The notes below the pieces were generated by a model that did no database searches, had not been told where the DNA came from, and was given only the letters and a program-made list of their open reading frames with translations. Below, piece after piece: positions 49,021 through 60,400 of a stretch of 64,000 nt of DNA (position 1 is its first letter; every line of letters begins with the position of its first letter). The translations under genes and the position numbers were made by a program. Where the stretch lies: positions 19,942-83,941 of the forward strand of contig DF237356.1 of NCBI GenBank assembly GCA_000708835.1, in the 5' to 3' direction. The stretch comes from Klebsormidium nitens (lineage: Eukaryota; Plantae; Klebsormidiophyceae).

Positions 49021-52000
49021 CTACTCGGCAAGATTGACTGTGTACAGAACCTGTCCCCGTGATCGCACCTCTGCTGAGACGAAGTGCTCGCAGAAGCTAA
49101 CGTGGTATGTGCTATGGACCAGCCGGTCGCGTACCGCAGGCCCCCCTACATTCCGGAAGTCCACAACTATCCAGGCCTTGAGCACTCCATCATTGATGAG
49201 CGGCCAGTAGCGCCCACCGGGTTGGAAGCTGCAAACCAAATTACAGGCTTGATGTCTTGAGCGAGATCGGATCCGTAACAAGATGTCTCTTAATGTTAAG
49301 AACCGCAGACACGCACCGCTTTCAGTGGGCTGCCAAGCGCGATGCCAATCTGCTGATGAGGATCTATAAGACAACCCTTGTTGCCAAAGGCCTCTTGCTC
49401 CTCGAAATTGTCGGTCAGCGCTCAAAAGCAACTTCAAGTTATTTTTATGAAGCAAAAAAGGAAAGGGGAAGGCATTGCACGCACCGAGCCTCGTGTTCCG
49501 CCAAGCCCCGGCCATCCACAAGGGCCTCGAATGCCCATCCCTGGGGCATCACAACCTTGTCGACATACGCCTTCAGCCCGTAGCGGATGCCGACGCCGGG
49601 CGAGATGCTGGCCTCCGATGGTAGTAGCGTATGTGCAGCCCTGTAGGAATGAGAAAAAGGAGCGGACGACCTGAAACAAATGTAAAGAAGATCCTTCAAC
49701 ATGAGAGCATGCAACCTGACTCTTGGATAACCAACAGCAATAACCAACAGCAAGGTATACAGATCTGCTTGCAAGAAGGTCAGGCTCATGAGGGGGGTCA
49801 GCACAGACGAAGCTTCTCAAGACGTCAACCGCCTGGGCCCATCCAAACACGCGAAAACATGCTGACTTTGAGCCTTAAAGGACGTCACGTTCCATAAGTT
49901 CGAGTTGCTGGTGCTATCTTACCGGTACAATTCCACATCAAACTGCGCTTCGTGGATGTCCCCCGTTTTGCTTGTGTTCAGACTCCTTTCCAGGCTCGAC
50001 CTCGACATCCTTGACACAACCTGCCTCAAAAAGACCTCGATGTCCTGGGGCATGTGCTGTGCTGCAGCGTAACGCGCGCGGAAGTAGTACGTGGTATACA
50101 CCTCGCGGTGTAGACCACTCGGGAACTCGATCTTCCCGAGGACGACATTCTCATGTAGGTAGCCCTTGCGGACCAGAGCGCGTGCAACTTCCGTCAGGGC
50201 CGGCCTCCGGCTTTGCAAGCCCGCAAAAGACACCTGAATGGAAAAGAGATATGACAAGGTTTAAGATGAACCAGGTTTTGATGACTTTCAACCCGGCATC
50301 ATCGCATATTACTTAACATCAGATACCAGCTTATTCCCTGGTTAGTGCAGATTTACATCAGTTACCAACTTCATGCAAGGTATCGCATGACCAGAGCGAA
50401 GCGGGCAGCACATGCTGCCTACACAGATCGTCACAAAGAATGTCAGTAGCGCAACTTGATGCTGAGGGGTTGAGTCCAATAACATGCCGTTTTACTTGCT
50501 TTCTAATTGCCAAGGCAGCTTTCTGGTCGTTTGTATCATACCCCGCCTTTGAGCATCCCACCAGAAGGCCTGAATATGAACTCCAGATCAGATTGAACCC
50601 TCAGTCATAAGTGTGCCCCTGGGCAAGAATCAAGAGTTTGGGCGTGCAAAAAAGAACAGCTTGTGAAGCATTGTAAATCCACAAGCCCCCCAACTTGTAT
50701 CGATGAGACTCAGCATCACTCACCGGGCCACTTCCGCTTAGAAGCTCGTCCAAGAGGTCCCACATGATGGGCGTATAGTCGTCGCTTCTGCAGGGGTGAT
50801 GAAAGTGGTCAGATCAGAAGCTGGTCTTCCTATACTCTCTCAGAAGAAGGGCAACACTGTCCGCAGCTTGAGGTAGATGAAAATAAGAATCAGCTTCAGG
50901 ACAAAAGAAAGAACTGCTTCAAAACCTATATGAGTTCTGCACCTTAAGGTCGTAAAGGAGAGCAACCAATGATGAGATGAACATTGATCTCAACAATTTT
51001 GCCCGGGCTGTCAGGTGCAAGCACAAAAATAAAGATGCTTCTTCTTGGCACACATCTCTTTCAGGTCCAGCCTTCATCACGGAGTGCACACACGACTGAG
51101 AAACTGCCTCCGACGTTTTCAAAGGACCAAATTTCTAAAAAAGAAGTCAGAATGCTTCTGAAAGACCAAGAAAGAAGGTAGTACCGTGGAAAAGTTCTCC
51201 CGTCCGCAAGACTTTCAACGAACGTGGGCCTGGAGAGGTAGAACAATGTCTTCTCTTGCCACTCAGCAGCGTCTGAGCAGCTGCTCGGAGACAGGCGGAC
51301 TCGGAGATGGTCCATGATGAGCATAGTGATGCCAGGGAGGAGCTCTGCTGCCTCAGCGACCATCTCCTTCAGCTCCCCGAGTGAGCCCTTCTCGAACCCC
51401 AGCAGCCTCTCATACTGCTCAAAGAGCTCGAGAAACTCTAACTCGGTGAACTGAAGGGCGATGTCGGTTGGGAGCGTGCGCCTGCAGTAGGCCAATATCA
51501 GATTGTGCCTGCAATAATCTCAGCTCATGAAGTTGCTGACATATTACTGACAGCAATGATACACTGAACTGCCCCCTCTAATCCGTGCTTGTCGACAGGG
51601 ACATCCAACTGTACATATTCAATGTCGAATTGAACTACTGGTCAAAGAAGAAAGGGAATACTCGCTTCTGGAGGTCCTGAACAAAGAACGAAAACATAAG
51701 CTGCACAGAGTACGCAAAGAACCTGGAGGCACCATTTCTCAGCATGTCTATGAATCTCTTCCAAAAACATCATTGAAGGTACCAGTCAGGAGATCCTTAA
51801 CGTTGAGCGCTTCTGATAGAGCATACAGAAGGGATTGATTACCTCATCGCCACCCGGTTGTCTGCCCCTATAGTGATTGGAGATGCTACGGCACTTTGAG
51901 CTGTCGAACCCCTTGACGCCGCCACCACAATGTCGACGGAGTGTCCATTAGAGGGCAGCAGCCCTTTCAGGTTGTCCCAAAACTCAAGATCGCTGGCATA

Positions 52001-52432
52001 GATGACGTGCGCTTCATCAAAAATTAGCATCTTTCTTCTGATCACGAGCGGATTTGCACTCTTTGTGGGGCTCGGCTCTGGGGACGTGAGCAGATCCTCC
52101 AGGGACATTCCCGTGACCCGGAACACAAAGTCCGCCAGAGATTCATTTCTTCTTTTCCTGGCGCAATTTATATACAAGACAAACGCGTTATCGTACTCTT
52201 GCCGCTTGCGTGCCCTGCCATAAATCAGCTGGCAGGTGGCCGTCTTGCCCATCCGAGGGACTGCAACTATCCACAAGAGCTTGACTCGCTGCACCTTAGC
52301 AATTAGGGCATCAATAGTTGCAGTTCTATACGTAAATAGCCCTTGTTGTATCCGCCCATATGCTCCATCAGCTTCGTTTCCTGCTAACTGAGTAACACCA
52401 AAATCAAAATCTGCATGCACATGAGCCGCCAT
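49021..52432 (-). CDS. Crinkler-type P-loop NTPase + PD-(D/E)xK restriction-endonuclease-fold protein, 541 aa, no recognisable N-terminal header
   Basis: Exons 52432-51843, 51481-51185, 50787-50724, 50233-49923, 49640-49485 and 49228-49021 total 1626 nt with no stops. Walker A LWIVAVPRMGKTATCQL; Walker B MLIFDEAHVIY..FWDNLK..IVVAASRGS; FPSGLHREVY; HEAQFDVELYRAAHTLLP..ISPGVG..KAYVD..WAFEALVDG..LAEHEARF..GGRY..WIVVDFR. Confidence 0.75.
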
Positions 52433-52718
52433 TCCACACTCTGCTAAGCGCGCCCACAGTGAGCTAGAGTAATGGTGCACTTGAGCAGATCAAGTCAGCA
52501 AGCCGAATGAAGTTCCGGCCACTCAGAGGCCGCCATGTCATACCCCCCTCGGCAGACCGGCCATGCCCAGCACTTTTAAGGTTTTGGTACCGTCGTTCTT
52601 GCATCACCTGTTTGAACGGAAGCAAGTCGGCGATACATACCGATGAAATGACAAGCATGGACCAGTCGATTGTACTCATTCACCTCTGTAAACAAGTTGA
52701 TACCGATTCTCCGTGCAG

Positions 52719-53386
52719 ATGACTCAGGCCGCACGACTCGGCGCCGCGAAGCAGAAGCGGCGACTGTACCAACAGATACTGCCCAACCCCCTCACGGCCC
52801 CCAACAGCTAAAACCCTCCCACCGAGGCGCCTCCCGTTACGGGGCGCCAGTCCCCATTTGAATCACAGAACGGTTTAGGCGCACAGAACCAGACTGCAGT
52901 AGACGCGCGGTCCAACCGTCTCCGATCAGCGACTGCCCACATGACTGTTTCTAACCCCAACGGACATCGAACAGCAACGGCACCCCCTGACGGTCCACAA
53001 GCGGGCGACGGGCCCCTCGGAGAGAGCAGCCCCAACGTCGCCCACTGGGGCTTTGGTAGCCAAGCGCCAAGCGGCGCCGTTCCCGGCGACCGGAGGAAGC
53101 GTTCCGGGTCTTTTACTGGTCTGCAGCAGGTCGCCGACATTCTGGGCCCGCAGTCCGAGACGCCTTCCGGACGACGGATCTTGGGCAGTTTGATTCATAC
53201 TGTGTCACCGGCGCCGCAAGTTCCGGACCAATCAGACGCAAGGGATCCCCCGAAGAAGTCAAAAGAACGTGTGAAGAGCCCGGCGAAAGGAGGCAAGGCG
53301 GGCCCGGAAGCACGGACGGGCTCCCAGCAGGGGAGATGGGGAGATGAGGGCGGGTGGACATTTAGACAAGGAGAATTATAGGTTAT
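52719..53386 (+). pseudogene. Disabled duplicate of the kinesin-4 terminal exon
   Basis: Intact acceptor, then [30 protein letters not shown] followed by an in-frame TAA at 52809-52811 (GAA in the original). There is a further indel near 53300. Confidence 0.8.
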
Positions 53387-55286
53387 GAGGATCCAGAACG
53401 GCATACCGTTGACCAGGTGATGACGTGAAAGTTTCTTTAATCGGCAGGTTGTTTCTGAGGACATTTCGAGCTTTAGTAAAATTGGTTGAATCTTTTGAAT
53501 CCTGGCCAGAGGACCTTACTGAAATCAGTTTCGATGGAACGACAGGCCAATGAAAGTTATAACGGCATGAGTCAGTGAACCTTATGAAAGTGGAAGTTAG
53601 GTTCTTCCATCTGTATCAGGTAGAAAGCTCTCTGTTTTTTGGATCAAGGAACACAGTCTTTGGACGAGAGGGTCAAAACTATGCAGATGTCACTCGACTC
53701 GTCAATTTTACCACTTCTTTCTCATGACGCTCGCGTTCAAGCCAGGTGTATTCCTACCAGCATGCATACCACTTGCAATCTCAGTGTGCTGCAGCTTATC
53801 ACATTGAACGTGGAAATCCCAATGCACCAATGAAGGTGTCCTTGATTAAAATTATGCACTGTGATAGGTGCGATGTCCGCATGACGTCTGCGCCAGCATC
53901 ATTATGACGGCAAGCCCCTGTATGTTGCATGTGACAAATAGAATATGCTCTAAACAAGCAATAATGCATATAGATATCAATCGCCCAATGAATGATTGTC
54001 TTCAATGCAAATTGTTGGACTACCGTCGTCTTTTGCAGCTTATTGAAGAAATATCGACTGTGAAAACGTGCTTGAGTGCCGATGCATGACGTATGCATCA
54101 CGATGCGTTTCGTCCAGAGGTATGTAGCGGCCGCCCGCCTGAGTTAAGCGCAAATCCAACGGGAATTCGCCAATCCTGGTCATTTACAAAGCAGACAGGA
54201 CGGCTGGAGGGAGGACATGGACTCCCGCGGGCAACCTTCGTGAGCCCCCTTGTCTATAATCTCAGGGAATCGCGGCGGCTGACCCTGACGGAGAGACCTT
54301 TTTCGGACTTTCGGACCTTCGACTCGTAGCTGGTCATAGCTGAATTTGAACTGACCAACCGGAAGCCCTCCTTCCATTTATTCAGACAGGGTCATGATGA
54401 CGGTACACCATTTGCGTGCACACGGTGAAACTACAAACCGGCGTAACAGCATGTCAGTCGATCTTTCTTAATCATACACCCAAGGCTCTGATGATTGCCC
54501 AGATGGCGCCGTGGTCTGATCAGGTAGAATTGCATGCCATGCGGATTTGCCCTGTGCATCAATGATCATGGCATCATTGTCACTCAGTACAAGTCCCAGC
54601 ACTTGGCCAGAGATTCAACAGATGTCTGTGTATAATGGAATCATCACATTGGTTGCTTCCTTGTGCAACCTGTACCCATCCTAAATGACATGAATCCGCT
54701 TTGGCAGATTATAAGACCAAAGGCCCATTTCAATGCGGATGCTTTTGCTACGCTACATGCGGAGCATAGTACCGCTCTACAGAACTCTATGTAAGTAGCT
54801 TTCTGTCAGATACTGCGGGCCGCATGTCAGCCTTTGAACAGTGTCCGAGTCAGCTGCATGGGCTTAGTGCTCGACCATCTTAAAGGACGCAGAACTTGAG
54901 TGCAAATTCGCATCAAGTATCCTGAGTACTACCTATATGGTCTTCAACGCAATGGCACTCAGTGGGCACTCATTCCCGGGCAGGCTGCCTTCACTCTCAG
55001 TTTGTTTCGGGGCGGACGCTCATGGGTGGGAAGGAGAGCTGAGAAGACCAGTTGCGCAGGACGGGCGCACTTGAGACCACTGCTCAATCCGGTAGCACTT
55101 GATGACTTGATAGGATCAAAGAGTAGGATTACACGATGCACGAGCCATGCAGAAGCTGAGTCCCTCCGCTCCATCTGATGTCAGGATCCATGACGGAGCT
55201 TGGAGTCATGAAAGAAAGGCGGCTTTTGAGCCGCGCTGTATAGAAGTTCGAGATTGAGCTGTGATGGACAGATACGAAGAATGTAG

Positions 55287-55526
55287 TGAACCAGGCTTGT
55301 CTTGGGCTTGGATTTCCGCGGTGGAAGCAGTTTCCGCATGTTTCCGCGGGGCTTCCGCGGGGCTTCCGCGCTGCTTCCGCAGCGGGTCCGCGTCTCTGCA
55401 GACTTTCCACTATGCTTCCGCTGTCATCATAGCCCTCATGTTTCTAGCGTATTATGTAACTTTTCGTATGCTTTGAACATCCTTCCGCGCACCAGATCCG
55501 CATGGAATTCCGCACGCTCTTGAACC
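55287..55526. mobile_element. Candidate small non-autonomous insertion rich in TTCCGC repeats
   Basis: Present only in repeat copy 2. Flanked by TGAACC at 55287-55292 and 55521-55526, where copy 1 has a single TGAACG. Internal 11-bp GCTTCCGCGGG tandem units. Confidence 0.4.
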
Positions 55527-57436
55527 TCGACAACCTCGAGTAAGCAGACAAGCCCGGCCCGGATCTGGCGTGCATTAGGCGTCGATGTGACCAGAACGGG
55601 ATAGCTTTTCACTTTTTCATGTGTTGCTCGCCCGGCCCGTTAACGTTGCTCGTCACTAGGCTAGCGGCCGCCGCATTGAAGAACATGGCGGGCCTTTTCT
55701 AAAACATTGCACATATGTAAGTCGTTTGATACCTCGCTCAATTCATCCATCCATTCATTCATGTCTTGCGCATTGAATTGCCAGCCTCGAAGGTAATCCG
55801 CCAACTTGACCTCCCCTTGACCTCGCAGGCATCACTGCTTTTGCGACCTGAGTCCTGACTCGTTATGACCGCCAGGTCCCGTGACCGTTGGATCAACCTT
55901 TCAGGGAGATCTTGAATATGCTGTGCCGTCCGATGGGGTCCTACTTTACATGCTATCAAATCGTGCCAAGTGGCAGCTTCGGAGCTGACGGCGCTCCCCA
56001 GCTTTCAATGAAATGGTGCCACGTATCAGAGCTTTCACCGACATCAGGACTAATCAGGCTGGTAACAAATAATGGCGGCTTGGCTCAGGAGTCAGGGCTG
56101 GTATCAAAATTCAGAACCTACCTAGACATTCTCCCCTTATCTCCTGATCTACATGCTTCGCTCTCAACCTTCTTCTCGCGTTGTGTGGATCAGCTGCGCC
56201 AGAGAGCTGATCAATTGAGGTGTGCTTCGCTTGCAGCCCGCCGGCATGGCGGCCTCTGCTCTAGCTCGGGCCGCAGCTCCCTCTTTATTTTGTGTCAGTG
56301 GCAACAAGACCAGTGAGAGAAAGGGGGCGTTCCATTCTCAGTGTAGAGTTAAATCGCTTCAATCAGGTTGGGGAACCGATTGTGCAGCGCAAAGGTGAGT
56401 TGACAAGCCATTACGGCGAGCTGAATCTATGCATGCCCTTGGGCCCAGCTGTTTTTGAGTATCTTTGTGGAGTGTCTTTGTCTTAAAGGAAGGTCGGATT
56501 TACTATCACCTTAGAGACAACGTGAAGACAGATAGAAGGAAGAAAGGAAGGACATTGACTTTGTAAACATGGCCTACAGAGCATGTGTCAGACAGTGACA
56601 GTACTACTGTCAGGACTTCTCAGGAATGCGCCACAACTGATGCCGTTATGCAAGGCCAGGCTGACTTATCGAATTGATCTTTCCACTACTCACTCGTAAA
56701 ACCACACAATCTGTGCCAGGTAGTGCGACATTGTTCATGTTGCAGATCAGTTCATGTTCAATGTGTTCCGCCTCTGCAAAGGTGGTGGTGTGGAAGCTAA
56801 CCATCCCATTTTGGATTTGCAGTTTGACTGCGAGGGCTTCCACCTTTACCACCGGTGTGCAGCTAGGAGCCACTCCATGCAGCTCTCTACGGTCACATGG
56901 TAGGTTCCTGCAGTGCACAATTCTACAGTCCCACTTCAACAACCGATAGTTTCAAAAGAACTTTTGAGGGACTGTCCCTGATCTGGACTGCTGTTTTGCA
57001 AAATCTTTGTGCTACTACCTTTGTCTGGGTGCGTTTGGTTTTCAAAATTCTGATTTTCCGAGTACATTGTTCTCATTTTCAAGAGCATTAGGCTCGTTCA
57101 GCTTTGACGCAGATGGTGATGTACTTGGTGAGCCGGTAGCTTCGTATGCAATACCAAATCAGTTCAAGCAAATTCTATCATTTTCCAACTAAAAGTTCCT
57201 GGCAGCATATTCTTTCATCATTAAACACGAACTTGCGCCAGTCAGCCGTAGTCCAGAGTCAGGACGTTTGTGCACCAGGGCTCTCAGGGCTTTATGATTT
57301 GCCATCTCTCAAGCTATGCATATCTTTCCTGAGCGTCGTTAAAGGCAACACCTTCGTAGAAGGAATTGGATAAAGGCAAGACAAATACAGATAGAAAAGC
57401 CGCGTGATCAGTCCCGGCGTTTCAATTTGTTTGCAG

Positions 57437-60400
57437 CACGCAATCCCCGCAGCATAACCTGCAAGGGGAATGACGACAACGGGCTTGTGCCGACCAAGGT
57501 GAAGAAGAAGGATAAGAAGAAGAAGAAGTACTTCAAGCGGGAGGATGTGATTGAGGCCGAGGAGGAGGGGGACCCTATCGGCGACCTGTTCCCACGGCCC
57601 AGCTGGGAAGGCATCAAGCGAAGCGTGAGTCTTTGTCAACTGAACCCCATGGTCTGATCTTGTGCTCCAGGCTTGTCTAGGACTGTCGGTGAGAATACTG
57701 TGGTGACATTGCGAAGATTCGAGGCGATTCATGGTTGAGGGGTTATGTTCCACTTTCAATATTTGAGTGGTGCAAAGGGGTCTGAAGAAATAAGGACTGC
57801 AAAGCTTCGATTGTCTGGTTGCACATTCAATCTGGGGTCCAGGAAAGCTTCTGCAAGGTGTGAAGGGGTCTTTGTTGTCTGGGGACACCTTATCACTCCC
57901 TTCTGAAGATGCTGCTGAAATCATTTGTAGACGAATCGTTGCTCGGATGCGTCAGAATAGGTGCTCGAATCATTGAAGGGGTCGCCGATTAGACTCTGCA
58001 ACAACAAAGAGTGGATGCACTCTGATTGAATTCTTGTAGCGGGCAGTGTCATAAACGTTAAGTGTTCACGTGAAGTCTAAATAGCCAATAACATAGAAGT
58101 TCGCCAATACGCAGGCGCACGTGTCGGACGACGCATTTGCAAAGCGGGAGAAGCCCCAGCCGGAGGACGGCAAGCGGCCGTACAAGTACAAGGAGGAGCT
58201 CGCGGAGCTGCAAGCGGAGCTAGTGAAGTTGCAGGAGTGGATCAAGCACAAGGGTGAGCGCGGGCTTTCCGAGAAAGAATTCCAAGGGCTTTGGGTTCAC
58301 AGAGTGCCCTGTCACGAGGTTTGGTGTTGTGTAAGAGAATGGCGAGTTTCCCGGATGTAGAGCTTGGATAGAACAAGGATTTCTTTGCCTAGTTCCGGAA
58401 CTTGAATTTGAGCAGCTGCAGGGGTGGGTTGATATCGAGGCTGAGCATTTACTCCATCTCTAAATTTCTTAAATGCAAGGGGACATTTCGCACACGCGTG
58501 AAGATTGTGATGCAAGAAGAGCTTTGCAGATTAACTCAACGTTTCGTTCAGCACGCATTACGGCTGGTGCGGAGTGATAAATGTCAAGGAGGCTCGATTT
58601 CAGGGACTCGGGCTCTAACTTCACAGATGGATAAGGAGGGCCCTGCTTGATCGACTCTTTAACTTGCGAGACTTTTCTTTCCGCTTACCTTAAACTTCTA
58701 TCTTGGAGGATGAGAGAGTCAGCATTCTTGCCCGTCACTCCAGAAACAGACGTTGTGAGTCAGCAGAAAGCCCAGGTATCAATCCGGGTCAGCCCCGTTT
58801 GAGTGAGCTGGCAAGTTTTCTCTGTGCCAACGATTGTTTAGCCTCCTTTTCCCGCCTCCTTATGTCCTCCTTATACTTACTCTTTGTTTTTCCTCTGCAG
58901 GCTTGCGTGTTGTGACCATTTTCGAGGGGCGCGACGCGGCTGGCAAGGGCGGCATCATCAGGCGTATCACGGAGCGCACGAGCCCCCGGACGGTCTCCGT
59001 CGCGGCGCTCGGCACGCCGTCCGATCGGGAGAAGACGCAGTGGTACTTCCAGGTGGGCTGAAGAGACTGTTCGTTTCTGGTCACCTTCTCTGGTCGACTG
59101 ATCAATCAGCTGTACCTTCTGCTGACGAGGAGATTCGATCTGTGCTTTTTCGACTGATCAATCAGCTGTACCTTCTGCTGACGAGGAGATTGGATCTGTT
59201 TGACATCCGTCCGACCGCAAAAAAGACGGAGTGGTGCTTTCAGGTGGGCGGAAGATAAGGCTAGCCTCCACGTCATTAGGCTGTGATGATTTGCCTGAAA
59301 ATCCAGCCGTGATCTGTATTTGAGATCTGTATTTGGCGGTTGGACTTTTCTCCATGCTCGTACGGCACGGCTACCAGCCAGAAGACGACGCAGTGGCGCT
59401 TTCAAGTGTGGGAGCTGGATGGTCTCTTGTTGGGGGTGGTGCTTCTTTCGCGGTTCAAGAAGCTGGTTGTGTCGATATTCCCTGAACGGCGAAATTCCGA
59501 TGTTTGTTTGGAACGACCACTGAGAAGAGGCATAAGCGATTTCGAGTGTGGTCGAGGGGGTTTTCAGGTCAGGTCCGACTCCGAAGTTGAAAGTATGTTG
59601 CATTCAGCGAGTGCTTCTTTCCGCACGCTTCGCTGCGCCGAAAAGGGTCTCTGTCTTTCCACCCTCCTCTTTCCCCTTTCAAAAGAAACGAGCCCGGTCA
59701 TGCTTACCCAGCATGGGCCCCAAAACGAAAGGGTGCGAAGAAGTGTTCATGCTTGGCGTCGTTTATACAACGGCAGCCACACAAAGCTTGAACGGGGTGT
59801 CGGTGCGATTCAGGACCACAAAGCTCCGCAAGCGGCCGCCTAGGGCGGAGTTGTCGAACGCATAGTTGCATTAATCATCAACAACTCGCAACGTTTCGCC
59901 ATCCAACTTCCTCTGTAGCTTTCGCAAAAGGTACTCAAATCGCAGATTCGAGATCATACGAAGAGCCTTCTGGTCAGACAAACCACGTTCGACACGATCG
60001 CAGGCTGGAATGAGTACGGCAGGTGCCTCGATTGCGAACCGTCTCAGCAGACCCGCGGTTTCTAGCCGACCTTCGATTCGAAACGTCGCATACGTGAGCT
60101 GCGTTTCCTCAACTCTCTCTGGATTTTCTGCGCAGCGGTACGTGCCACGTCTGCCGGCCGCTGGCGAGTGGATCATCTTCGATCGCAGCTGGTACAACAG
60201 GGCGGGAGTGGAGAAGGTGAGCTCGTTACGAATGAGTCGGCCTCCTTTTTGGAATGTTTTGGTAACCGAGAGCTACCAAAACGCACCGCTATGTCAGATT
60301 ATACCTGCTTATGCTTTCCAACGTGTGCGTGACGTGCCTAGCCATGGATCCTGGTGCCTCGATGATCATCGTGCAGCAATCAATAGATGCACCCGGATCA

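Larger units (their letters stand above)
52709..55562 (+). repeat. Segmental direct repeat, copy 2
   Basis: Diverged copy of 46089-48535 carrying an extra ~230-bp insert. Confidence 0.9.

Noticed and set aside
46089-55562. LTR retrotransposon
   Set aside because: The repeats are host exon plus flank, with no TG..CA ends, PBS, gag, RT or integrase.
55759-56949. ORFs 55888-56316 and 56646-56942 as a remnant second NTPase-REase copy
   Set aside because: No alignable motifs beyond a chance TYHV match.
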